Source of the DNA: Phoronis australis
Lineage: Eukaryota > Animalia > Phoronida
DNA length: 64,000 bases
Assembly: GCA_002633005.1 (NCBI GenBank)
Contig: NMRA01000036.1
Span: forward strand, 310,001 to 374,000
Reading direction: 5' to 3'
Positions within the stretch are counted from its first letter, which is position 1; each line of letters begins with the position of its first letter. A program made the translations under genes and the position numbers. The notes under the pieces are model-generated. The model had not been told where the DNA came from. It worked only from the letters and a program-made list of their open reading frames with translations, and made no database searches. Below, piece after piece: positions 26,089-38,280 of this stretch.

Positions 26089-27842
26089 GACGTCATCGAA
26101 CGTGGATATAGAATAAATGAGCACGCGCAACAATCGCATGTTCAATAAAGGGCATTGTACCGACATTTATACGATATGAAAAATAAGACGTAATTTCCAT
26201 AAAAACGATATTTTAATTCAGTGAAATTTATCTCTCATTTTCTCTCACTTGCAAATCACCGATCTCCAATTTGAATGCGGGTACCGTGTCGTCGGGATCC
26301 TTCAACTTGAGCATTATACTCAGTTACCAGTGGTAACCTACTTTAGCAGACGATATTTTCTCGGCTTAGCGTGATAAAATGTGTACTAAGCTATAATAGT
26401 TGCTAAACCTTAATTTATAGATTCACTTTCTTTCCATTTTGTTTAAATTTTCAATTGGTTTTGAGTAAAAGCATTATGTGACAAAAATAGCTCAGCTTTT
26501 TTAAAAGGTCACGTCCTCCGACCCCGGGCGTCTGACATAGAAAGTAGTTACAAAGCCGAGGCAAGTCGTGAAAGGTAGATCGATTCATTGCTTCTCGTTC
26601 AGTATGTGGTATAAATAGATTATAACATGTTCTCAGTCGTTATCCCCCGTATTCTAGAGCCCTTGTGGATTTTGGAGAATTATCGTCCGAGGGGCGTTAA
26701 TATGTTGCAATTTCCTGTAAATATGTTAGTTCTTACTGTAGATATACTGTATGCATCCATAAAAAAACCTTTTCATTTGATTTGAATAAAATTTTGCCTT
26801 ATTTTGAGACGATTCGTGCTAGGAATTGACCCATTTATTATGACCCAGATTGAACTAGCGAAGCCTAAAAATAGCCGTCTGATTACCGTGCGTTGGAATT
26901 TTCATCGGAGAAAGTTTATGGTTTTAGAGTAAAAGTTCTTCTCCAGGAACGACCGGTTGGATCAATGAATGAGCCCAATCAAATTTGACGTCGTACATGC
27001 GAATTTACGCCTCCAAGAGTCAGCACACCAACCGTAAAATACGGCCTCTACAGTTGCATACGGACTGGCCCCACTTTACCGTATTTCACAGTAAATTTCG
27101 TGACGTATTGAATACCCGCATTTTCACAAATAAAGAAGAAACTATATGTAGTTATGTACATGACAACGGAAATGGTCGAACTATGTGTCGAATTAGCTGC
27201 TGGAAATACTAGTGACATCCTTCTTTGAAAAGTCACGTGAGTTGACTTTCGCATTTTAAAAGACTGTAAAGAATCACAAAACACCTTTTGTTTGTTATTA
27301 TTCTATTCGTAATGAATTGCTCTAGATATCATACAAAGAACATAGAATACAGTTCGTATCAAGTTTGTATCAGCGCTGTATACCCGGAGAGTGAGTTTTC
27401 AAAGGTGATGCTGTTGCTAAGCTGCACGTCATCAACGTGGAATCAAAATACGGAAGCCATGTGCTGCTAAGTTACTGTACCTCATTTTTTATGACCATTC
27501 ATGAGTATGTGGTCTGCTCACTATTAACCGTTAGCTAAGTTCATCATTGGAGGAAAGTGGTACCTCCTCTGTGATTTCAATAAGAACATATCAGAGTTGC
27601 GAATTTGTTGCCTATGATCCTTGAATAAACCAAATCTTAGGGTCACAAATGTGCTTATTCAAATACAAGACAGTTGTTAGTCAAATGTGGTGGCAGAGCA
27701 CCACAGCATATAAATATATAACCGAGGAAGAAAAAAATTTTAACATCTATAGCAGATAATGTATTATTTTAGTAATCACTGTTTCTGGTACAAGAGCCCA
27801 AGATACGTGTATATTAAGAGTCAGTTTTATGTAAATCCAATT

Positions 27843-28128
27843 AATGCGCGCATCCAGCCTAAAGCATAGGGGAGCTCGAATGTTTCGGTGTGCGGACCTT
27901 TTAGTGAAAGAAATCAACGAGGACTAAAAAAACAAAACAAAAAACGGCCACTAGGTTCAGGCCCACGAATTGTGCATCTGCGCTGACTTCCCGAGGGATT
28001 TTGTGGACTTTTGTCTCGTTTACTCGGACTTTTTGTTTCACTGAGGCGGACCTTTTTACCCAATTCGCCAAATTGGGTGGGGGGGGGGGCTCATTCGAGC
28101 AATCCGAGCCCCCCTGGGTGCGCCCATG
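27843..28128 (-). mobile_element. MITE family A copy, 5-bp TSD CAATT
   Basis: Ends (A)ATGCGCGCATCCAG and CTGGGTGCGCCCATG. CAATT occurs at 27838-27842 and 28129-28133. The interior matches 7849-8121 in reverse. Confidence 0.75.
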
Positions 28129-28786
28129 CAATTAAATAACATTATCGTTCTTTAACGTTTTTGCAGTGATGTAATTTGAACAGTTAACCTGCACAAGAAA
28201 AGACAAAAGAATTCAAGGGTTTATGCACGACACAGTTTTATGTTTGCTTACTTTGTCGATAAGCTGAATTTCATGTGAAAAGTAATATACAAAATGACTT
28301 CCAAAGACAAAATTAAAACTGAAAATAAAACATCAAAGCAGAACAGTTAACAACTTAATCGGCACTCCGCTACGGCATACACACCTCTTACAATGTAGTT
28401 ACGACTTTCTAGGTGTGGAAATGATCTTTTGTCTATCCCTAATATCCCGACAGGTTATATTTTGAAGAGCCTCTGACGCACCTTTTGATAGACACTTGCG
28501 TAAAGATACTCATAAGTCGGAAGAGACATGAGATACGACATATGTAGCTGCTAAGCTTTTCCTAGGTACCGTAATAATACAGTTTTAAGCGGATAAGTGC
28601 ACCGTTTTCTCGAAATAAAAGCAACATTCTTTTCACTCCCTGTGTATGTGCACTTCAAAGCAACATCGCGGTCTCTTCCATGAAAAGTGACTAAAGACAT
28701 AGTTTGACACCAACACAACTACTTTTCAACAAAAAGAATAGCACTGTATGAATCACAGGGCAGTCTTGTCCGCACAGCTTGGTTGA

Positions 28787-30531
28787 AGGAGAATGCCACC
28801 CAAAAAACAACCTATTTTGTATCAATTTAGATCGAGTAGTTCTACTCGATAACGGCACGTTCGGTTGCGTTACCTGACACCTGACGGCAGACGGAGGTGT
28901 TGAAATCATCCAATGACGTAATTGGTTTCACACGCAGTCTGTTCAACAGTTCACAGCACGGGTTAGTGGTGTCAGCTTATCACTTGAATTCATCGTTTAA
29001 CACAAATAAATCATCAAACTTTGATGTAAAACCCTTAAAAATACACCGAGTTGTTATAAAAACGTGTTTTTTTATTTCGCTGTTACGGATTTACTGGTAT
29101 TTGGACACAGCATAGCCTAAAAAGTTCGGCAGGCCAATTTACCAAGGTCCGTAGCAGGAGTTTGGAGTCGGTTCGGAGATAAATTCAAAGTATTCGTCCG
29201 TGAAATACAGACAGGAGAACCTAGATCTGTGTTGTTTATACTTGTACTTTTTTAGTTTTAAACACACAAAATGCTTGTTATCCCGGCCAGTGGCTCGGAA
29301 CCCGATCACTAAGCCCGGCGTCGCGGCCGGACTGACTCCGCCCGGCCCAGTGGCTCGGAACCCGGAACCCGATGAGGCCCGTCGCGGCCACCGGGACTGG
29401 CACGAACATAAACCAGCTTGAGTTGGAAACTAAACCTCCAGTCACGCAAAGATTATAATAGTGAACCGAAGAAATAATGTGCACGTAATTATTCATGTGA
29501 ATTAGCCACGAAACTGAAAATCTACTTACCGGTAGCCTACTTGTCGGAGGCCGCGAAGTCGGGTTCCACTCCCACAGACCGTCAGGGCAAAAGTTGTACA
29601 GTAACAATGATTTGAATAGGCCTAATGTATATGTATTTCTAAATAAAGATTCCCCTAACATGTGATCGAGTAATTGTTTCACAAACGACTGAGCTTTCTG
29701 TCAGCCAACACTGAATTACCATACGCTCACACGGCCTCGGTGCCCGGTCGCATGAATTACTTTTGTTGCCGGCATCAAAAGCCAGTAATGCAGTGGTTTC
29801 ACATTGCTGGCTTCTCAAAACATTTGCACTCACGAGCATTGCAAGGCATTACAAATTGTATCTAATGAGACAGGTTTTGTTTCAGTTTCATATAGGTATT
29901 GGTTAGGATGAGAATATTTCATTTTGAAACAGAACGCAGAATAATAAACGTCTACATGGCAATTCGCCCGGTGCCAATGCCGACTTAGTCAAGAGCTCAT
30001 ACGACGAAGACTTCACGGATCGGATCGTTAGGTTTCACAGGATATCAGTTCAAACCGGAATACACTGATCAAGAAATACTAGAGACGAGGCGCCGTGAAC
30101 ATGGGCAGGCAACGGAACGTATGGATAGTTCTTTGGTAAGCCGGAATTCGTCAGAGAAATCACTGTCGACGAAATGCCGGACACAGACGCGGATATGTTT
30201 CACGGCCTCATACTTGCTATCAACAGCGTACCTTTCATTCCTCACTACCGCGAGCCACTTCCTAAGCATTTCGGACTCTCGAGGAAGTCGAAAAAACGAT
30301 ATAACCGCTTTCTTCGCAGCTTGGTTGTTCGGACAAGCGGGAACGATGCACCGCAACATAGCGCCATTCACTCTGCAGACGAACCACTGACGTCGCTGCG
30401 TCGTTTCTCACCTTCCTCACAGGTTAACGCGACACCTCTCGGCAAGTTGAGGTCGACCGTATAAGAGGCGATGTGGATATAGACCGATTAAGACGGTAAA
30501 AAAGACTAATTAAATCGGGTGGCATTCTCCT
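28787..30531 (-). mobile_element. Non-autonomous Kolobok DNA transposon with a THAP remnant
   Basis: Perfect 15-bp TIR AGGAGAATGCCACCC / GGGTGGCATTCTCCT, flanked by TTGA and TTAA. It contains a THAP ORF and has an inverted homolog at 62025-62759. Confidence 0.8.
30069..30359 (-). pseudogene. THAP (C2CH) DNA-binding domain of the Kolobok element, truncated
   Basis: MLRCIVPACPN...SFFRLP...LRKWLAVVR...IRVCVRHF retains all C2CH ligands. A stop falls where the AVPTIF-like box should be, and no DDE domain follows. Confidence 0.75.
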
Positions 30532-30609
30532 TTAATTAGAAAAGCCCAGCAGTAAAGACCATATCCGACTTCAGCCAAGTCGATACTGAAAACAGCCTCC
30601 CGTTCAGTA

Positions 30610-30740
30610 ACGCTAGGACCTCGCTAAAAAGCAAGACTTCGCGAGATTACGTGAGATATGGCCGTGTATTTCAAATAAGAGCACGTGGCTTTGACTACGT
30701 TTTAGCTAGGTCCTAGCGTAGCTCCTAGCGTCTGCTATAG
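30610..30740. mobile_element. Small MITE-like inverted repeat
   Basis: ACGCTAGGACCTCGCTAAAA and TTTTAGCTAGGTCCTAGCGT. Confidence 0.45.
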
Positions 30741-31021
30741 CAGCTTTCATCAAAATGTATCCAAGTTGAATCTTCACCAAGTCCAAAATAGCAAATTGAA
30801 CATGCCATTCTGTTCAGCGTAAGTCGCCATGTTGTAGGTGCCGCCGGAAATGAGTCCAACGGGAATTGCGAGCACTTTTATCACCCAATAAGTAACTTCT
30901 GAGTACCTGAAATCTAATGAAAACTTTTGAATCGCTCAGAATAGTAGGCATAGATATTTCTCACTAAATTTAATCGTAAATTATTGGTGAGAATAATGTA
31001 TACGCGGTTTTAAACTCGTAA

Positions 31022-31700
31022 CTTAAGTACACCAGGTCAGTACTCAAAGCCAACCAGTATCAGGAGTGGGCACTCGGACCCCCCAACGTCGACCTAGGGA
31101 AGACCTCGCTGATGACCAAGAAGAGAAGAGAAGAGAGTCTCTATTCCCTACATGAAGGGACTCTCAGAACATCTACGTCGAATGTACGAGTCATACGACA
31201 TCAACACCTATATGAAGCCCATTAACACCCTGAGAAACCAGCTAGTCCACCTCAAAGACCCCACCCCTTGATCGCCAATGTTGTTTCATATATCAACTGT
31301 CATGCACTGAAGATGCGTCTCATACCTACATCGGCGAGACCAAGCGATCTCTGGGCACCAGAATCAAAGAACGCAACAAACTGGACAAGACCACTGGCGT
31401 GGGAGAACATCTGGGAATCTCCGGACACACTGTATGTGGCAAACATGCCAAGATCGTGGCTAAAGAAGAGAACTGGTTCTCAAGAAATATTAAAGAATCC
31501 AAACCAACAAGACCACCATGAATCGTGATCCAGGATTGCAGCTTCCACCCATCTATGACGCCATACTACTTCTGGAAAACAGAATGATCGGAAACCAGGA
31601 CGCCCCCTACCATTCGTTGATAAAGGAGTATAGAAAACAGTCCGAAACGTTCGAACTCTTAAATTTTCAGTGTGAGTAAGTTGATTTTTCTTATAACATG
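31022..31700 (+). mobile_element. Penelope-like retroelement 3' part (GIY-YIG endonuclease), pseudogenised
   Basis: Reads VSIPYMKGLSEHLRR...KPINTLRNQLVHLKDP, TYIGETKRSLGTRIKE, GVGEHL...GH, EENWFSRNIKES and MNRDPGLQLPPIY. A degenerate hammerhead core TTGATAA...GTCCGAAACGTTC lies at about 31617-31652. Confidence 0.9.
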
Positions 31701-33693
31701 AAACAGTTCTCCTCTTGGCACACAGCAATAGACACTATGGACAGACTCGGCAATGATCGGGTCACCATCCTTTCGGGACGTTTTTCCAAAATTATCCGAA
31801 GTTGAAAATTTTGTGTTCTCAAAATTTTGTGGGGAAGTGGTAGCGTTTTTTAAAGAATTATAGACGAATATGCAGGATAAAATAAAAAGAAATGTGGTTC
31901 ACAAGCAAACTTTATTAACAACCAGCACATGTGTATACATATTAACTACAACTAAATAGCTGTGAACCTATCGACAGAAAGTTGGTATTAAGCTCCAACT
32001 TCACAATCGCAAATAATGATTTAAGACCAAATTTCTGTAAGTCTCAAGTTCCTTTTCATGATCACTCCTGATATTTTTGAGTGAAATTGGTTACTTGACC
32101 ATACTGCTGCATTGGCTGTAACTAACCGGCCGTAACACACAGCCGTATTGAACCTGGTCTAAATAAAGAACGACCAGTTCTTCTCAAGCCAAGAAATTGT
32201 ATCCACACTGAGTAAGAAACAATGAGATGAGACATATGTAGGTGATCTAAGTCAAAGGTTGCCTTAGTGCACATTAATAAATAATGCCAACTTTAAAGAG
32301 ATCCTAAACACGTTTTTTGCGAAATCGTTCAAAGTTGGTAGTCACTTCTTATAGCGAAAGCATGGCTTCCAACGAGAATTAAAAGTACCCACACTGCCAG
32401 AACGTAGATCCTTTAGTTCTCAATAGTTGTCTAATAACTCACCTAAAGCATTAAGTCACGTTTGCACATAATAAATGGGAAACAGTTGTTTGAATAGGCT
32501 TACGGAGTATTGTTTTATGTCCGTTATACAAACGTAATCCTTATATTTGTTATTTGCTAAAACGGGGTTTATTTTTATTCGTTATGGCCTACTTTCTTCT
32601 TTGAAATGTAGAAACTTCGTTTTACTAAAAATAGGAGTTCGGCTTATTCAATCAATTTCGTGAGATTGAAAGGAACTTTTCCGTTGCAAAGTCTGTGTCT
32701 ATGGTTAGTGGTTAGTGTTCGCACGGAATGTTTTTCTATTTCGTGATGAGCCCGATCAACAGTAACCGATAGCAAATTATCTTTGATAATAGCTACTCGT
32801 CATCTCATCAGCAAGCGGAGTCGACGTAATGTGACGCGCATTGCTTACATCATGTGAGAAATTACGCCACTGAGCTAGCTTATTGCGAAACATTTCGTAA
32901 CACTCGAGAATGTTGGATTTGTTCAAGATCAGATCTACGAGTGAAAGTCAGAGAACCAAGCCTAAATCCTCTTAAATGACTTCACTCCTCAAAACGCTTT
33001 TCTACCGCCAGTGATGATTTTTGCCTTGTTATATTAAAACAATGTGTGATGCAAATGTGGCTTACTGTGTGAATTTTTGGGTGACACGATCGATTTTGAT
33101 AAATTTTTTGAATGTGAAAACGTGACTGGACTTCTTCATCTTTTGAAACCTACTGCTGGACATTGGTGTTTGTCAATCTGCCAAGCGCGGATACCAGGAT
33201 TAGGGGACTCGTCTACTCTGTCATCTTTACACTGTTCAGTGGATTATGAAAAAACCCATTCTTTCTGTACGTTGCTAGACCCCCCTGCTTGTTACCCTAA
33301 ATCCGCGTTAAGAGTCGGATTTAACAGCGAAGCGTCGACGCTTCGTTATAATGAGAACTTAACTTCGATAGTATCGAAGTTATCGGCAGGTGTCGCTGCG
33401 TTAATTACCAACAGCGGGCGGTAACTAGTTACTATTTATTGATATTTTGTTCCAATATTTGTTATTTTGGAAGTATAAGCATTCTGTTTCAATTTGTCCA
33501 CGATCTTGATGGATTCTTTCCTTTAAAAAATATTGAAAAATCACTGAACGTTTTGTGTGCGCAAAACGAGTTTCCGCCGAACATCATACCGCCTTTACAC
33601 GGATCTGCTGCAAGCTTCAAGACTCCAATTTTTGATGGCAAGGACAAAACAGTAAGGCGTACGAACGTATACAGGCCCAAAAAGATATATTTT

Positions 33694-33822
<129 letters not shown>

Positions 33823-34679
33823 ACTGTACAGGCCAAAGCCATATTGGAGCCGCCTTGCGATAACTTCGCCGAAATATACTCCGAAGTTGATGTGAACACT
33901 CACGCTAACTTCGCGGTTAACCACAATTAACATCGAAGCTTCGATAGTAACGAGTTTAACTGTATGACTTTTAGAACAGAAGATGGTTTTGGGCGCACCA
34001 GTGGATAACCGTACATATACGGGATATCTGTTTATCGCCACACTACATAATTTGCTCCAACATTCCAAATCCGTAAGACGTTCTTTGTATTCAAAAAACT
34101 GCAGTCTTTAGACTGACGGCCTCTAGTATTTGCGAGTCAACTGCATGGAAAGGCGTTCTGCCTTAGAGCAGATTTGTCCCCGAGATTATGGGTACGGAAT
34201 GCTCTACTCGGCGAGACAATTGTAGGACATATACCTGAAGAAACTACAGACGGTATTCAGCAGACAGGTCTTCTGTACAGTCTACTGATTAATGAAATCG
34301 GCCTCACGTGGCAAATTTAACCATACCTTACCACTCAACTATACAGTTAGAGAGGATGTTTGGTATGTGTGGAGATATCCTGGCCTAAATTTGCGTGGTC
34401 AACTATCTGTTGATTGTCGATTGTTATCACGGGTTTGCATGATATCTGGGCAAGACGTCCGGCGATACTCCACCGATCTCGCAGATTGAGTTCCGGAGAT
34501 TTTTTATCGGGTCACAATGAAAAAATGCAATGCATCTGCCAGCTATATATCAGTCGGACGTCGAAAGATGGCCTGTGACGTCGGCCGACCAATTGAAGTC
34601 TGCCGGCTATCTGCTCGGGTCATTGGGCGATTGTCGTCTGACATGGAATATCAAAACCCGGTGATCTAAGCATGGAATG

Positions 34680-35160
34680 AACATCATTAACTGGGTACAG
34701 GTACTACATTTGTATAAACCCGCATTCCGTTCAAGAAGCGAACTTCTGCTTGAGGCTACTCCCAACTATAAAATAGTTCTCCTAGTTCCTTATCAGATGA
34801 GAAGTGATTTTGACAAAGAACTAACGATTCGACATTCCTTGAAACCATGCGCCGTGACACAGCCAACTTGTAGAACCTAGAACGACCTGTCGGTTCTTTC
34901 AATTGTCTGAAATCCTCTCCAAATTGTCTAAGGAACCGCTTGAAACCAATTCCATAGTTGTTACCGGGCTGTATCAAAAGCTGTCGTTCGTGACGGAGTC
35001 TGTTTATATAGCAACATGCGGGGTAGACAGTTTTTAATTGACAGATCTGGCGCAATGCACTGAGATGTGATGTGTGCATTCTGTTACGGTTTTCTGTTCC
35101 ATCCTTTTTGACAATTGTACCTGAGGATGATACTTGCCTACTATCGAAACGCCTTTCATG
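34680..35160 (+). mobile_element. Decayed Penelope-like (Neptune-type) remnant ending in a hammerhead-like motif
   Basis: RSELLL...IVLLVPY... and ERPVGSF... resemble the PLE RT C-terminus. CTGAGGA-T-GATA-CTTGCCTAC-TATC-GAAAC lies at 35121-35150. Confidence 0.45.
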
Positions 35161-35590
35161 CTGCGATCTAGCATCGTTTTTTCAACTTTCTACAGCTAAT
35201 TTGGCCAAAAACGCATGCCATTTTTACGTACCAAATGACACTTAAGATGAGTAACCGACATAAATTTAGACCCGTTGTCACCAAAATGTAGCCAGTACAA
35301 AACATGAAATATGACGCTTTCAGACTCTTAACGTTTAAATGACAATTGCCAGCGTAGGAGATTTAAAGTATATATTTCATATCAGACCATGATATTCACG
35401 TCGTTTTACCGTCTTATAATCATTCGTTTTCGCTAAGCGATAAGCGACGTGTACTGTTAGAACATTGATCAAAATCATGAAATCCGCGATCCGTAAGTTC
35501 CTGGAACGACAAGAATATCGCTCACGAACTTTGCGCGCGCGCGTGAATGCGAGAGGAAATGTTACAGTAGCTAAGGTTTGTGATCGTGGT

Positions 35591-35625
35591 TATAAAGAGA
35601 TGCTTCCGTTCTCTGTATTTACACT
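35591..35625 (+). promoter_or_regulatory. Candidate Pol II core promoter (TATA box + Inr) of the ELH-like gene
   Basis: TATAAAG at 35591-35597. TTACACT (YYANWYY) has its A at 35621, exactly 30 nt downstream of the first T. A CpG-rich GCGCGCGCGCG run lies just upstream. Confidence 0.5.
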
Positions 35626-35698
35626 TGGAAATCACAGACGCTACTGGATAGACTGGACTATTGTTTGGACATAGGCCTACTCCAACTAAGTAAATCAA
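35621..35698 (+). other. Candidate non-coding exon 1 of the ELH-like gene
   Basis: A 78-nt ATG-free segment after the Inr, ending at CAA|GTAAGT (GT at 35699). It would splice to the acceptor AG at 46585-46586. Confidence 0.45.
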
Positions 35699-37200
35699 GT
35701 AAGTAATATCGTTTAAAATTTGTTGTATTCATGTATTGCCACATTAACATATACCCCTGTAACTTACCTGTTGGCAATTAAGTTTGCATTTTTGTGAACT
35801 TATCTACTTTAGTGAATGTTTCAAACCTAATAGAAAATGCACCAAATGTCTGGAAAATTTGTGCGGTATAATTTGGGCTCGTCTAACAATCTACATAAAC
35901 TGTAAATCCACAAGAATCTTGAGCATTGACTTTCGACAAAGTTTTCTCTTTAAATCCAAAATTCACCTGGTTTTTCAAACAAAGCCTTCAACCTGACGTA
36001 TAGCACTTATCTTTGCTTTACATGTTCCTCGCATTGGATAACATTTCAATGAAGTCTGGAAAACACGTGTAGACAGACACATTTTTAAAAACTGTTTTGT
36101 TCCAAACCTTGAAAATTAATGTTTCGACGCGGTCATTATTGAAACTTTTTTACATTTAATCACAATGGATCAGACAAGAGTGAAATAAATAGAGTAGGAG
36201 ACACTTTTTAAAGAGCTCCACTCCAACGTTTCCAGTAAGTTGTTGATACTGTCATGAATATTCCTACTCCATTAAAGTGAAATTCGATTCATTTAAAGGT
36301 AATTTCGCCGCTATTTAGCTGTCAATGTGTATTTCTTAAGCAAAGCGCTCTGATGTTTAAAAACATTACGTGACGATCATCTGAACTTGAAATGTTGCTG
36401 AACGAACCAGCAATTCGAGTCATAAGCAATCGACGTACACACGACAGTTTCGAGTTCGCAATTTTGAAGTTAGCCAACTCCAATAAACTCAGAAGCGTTT
36501 TCTAGAGTAGGTTATAATTTCTATGTTCTTGTTGCTATCGGAAATACAATCCCACCATGATAAGGAATACAATAATACAGATTTTATGAGAGTAAAAAGG
36601 GCCTCATTCGATTTTCATTTTGAGCACGTTAAACAAGGCCAAATGCAGCTTCGACGCAGTGCTTAATTATGAGAGCTACGGTGCGATATCTTGTCCTAAT
36701 GCAGAGCGAACATTTCCTAATACCTGTGCATTTAAGAAAGACAATCCAGAAAAATAAGACGAATATGCATTTTTGCTTACAGAACTAATGTAATTTTGTC
36801 GAGCTCCTTTCTCTAGAGGGCCATTATCGCTTGTGCAACCGAAAAACGAATTTTAGTGCTTATTGTTGAATGTCGAGAACATTTTGCAGTTATTGGCTTT
36901 GACCACAATTATAAGACAACAAAATCCGTTATATATTTGTAATACTATTACATATCGCCTATTGTCGCCGTCGTCTGCCAGACATTTGCACCAGTTAAAT
37001 ACGGTTAAAATACACTGCCTGCAGAGCATTAGACTGCAACCGCGGGGGTTGAACGTTCGATGCCGCGCTGAAATTAATCTCAGCAAATCAGCATCCTCTC
37101 CGACAATGCCCCTTTAATGACCCATTTTAAAATGAATTTGTGTTCTCTTCTGTTCGAAAAATGATCTTACAAGTCTACAATATATTTTCTATTCACTTTA

Positions 37201-37415
37201 AGAGGCTACAAGCCCGTTATTGTTTTGTGACCTGACAGGAGCTGCAATTTGGCTTGTCACGGCGTGCCATTTTATGAGTAGAAGAATAACTAACTCTCAG
37301 GATCCCAGAAACCACTTCTCATCTAAGTAAGGAGCAAGTTGAGGCCAATCTCATTGCGTGGAGTAGTCTAAATAAAAAGTTCGCTTCATGAACGGTACGT
37401 GGGCTTATAGCCACT
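37201..37415. mobile_element. Kolobok-type MITE
   Basis: TIRs AGAGGCTACAAGCCC and GGGCTTATAGCCACT, flanked by TTTA and TTAA. Confidence 0.6.
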
Positions 37416-38025
37416 TTAACACCGCATGCTATTTTGCTACAGCCGTTAATTTCGATTTACAACTTGTCAATATTTAAAATTGTTTCCTGTCTACATAAAT
37501 CTTTTTTGTTTTTAAATTGACAGTCGTCAAGGAAACGTAAAAGTTGTCGATTGCTGCCGGCGTGTTGATATGTAACCAGACGAAACTGTCCAATATCATG
37601 CAATAGTTCTACGCAAGGATATCTCGGGACACGTTTCTTTTGGAAGTTTCACGCATGCAAAAATACCTTGGTCAAACGTACAGTCCATGATTTGTGGTTA
37701 TAACTGCTTTCAGGTTGACAGATCTTCTGTTCTGTTCAAAAAGCAGGTCAGTGACGTCTGGACACTCTTTCCTTTACACTCACCAATGTAGAACACAAGA
37801 TGGGTTTCGTCAGTCGAAAAATGCCATTCATTTCGCAACTCTCAACACTGTTTGTGTTTTTCTCATTTTTCAAACTTTTTTAACAAGTGAGCTGTGCTTC
37901 AACCGAAAACTCATTACATATGGCGTCAGTTGAATGAGTACCCATAATGCGCGAGTAAATTGCCACTCAGTATGGAGGCTATTATAGGTGGTGGTGCAAG
38001 AATAAAAATTGAACTAAAAATTCAT

Positions 38026-38280
38026 GATAATGTTGAATAAAGATCCTTTTGGAACCTAAAGGTCGTACCTTGAGGTTGTCGGTGTACAGCCGTTTCGTCC
38101 ATTTGTCACGAACTTGGTTCACGACCAGGTGCGCCCTCTCTCGTTGTTTTATTCCACAGCGAGATAGAGAGCGTACCTGGTGGTGAACCAAGTAAGTAAG
38201 AAATGGACAAAATGGCTGTACACCGCAACCACAAGATACGGCTTTTCAGTTCCAAAAGGGATCTTCATTTAATAATATCG
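38026..38280. repeat. Long imperfect palindrome (fold-back element)
   Basis: Arms of about 120 bp, e.g. GATCCTTTTGGAAC/GTTCCAAAAGGGATC, CGGTGTACAGCC/GGCTGTACACCG and ACTTGGTTCAC/GTGAACCAAGT. Confidence 0.85.
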
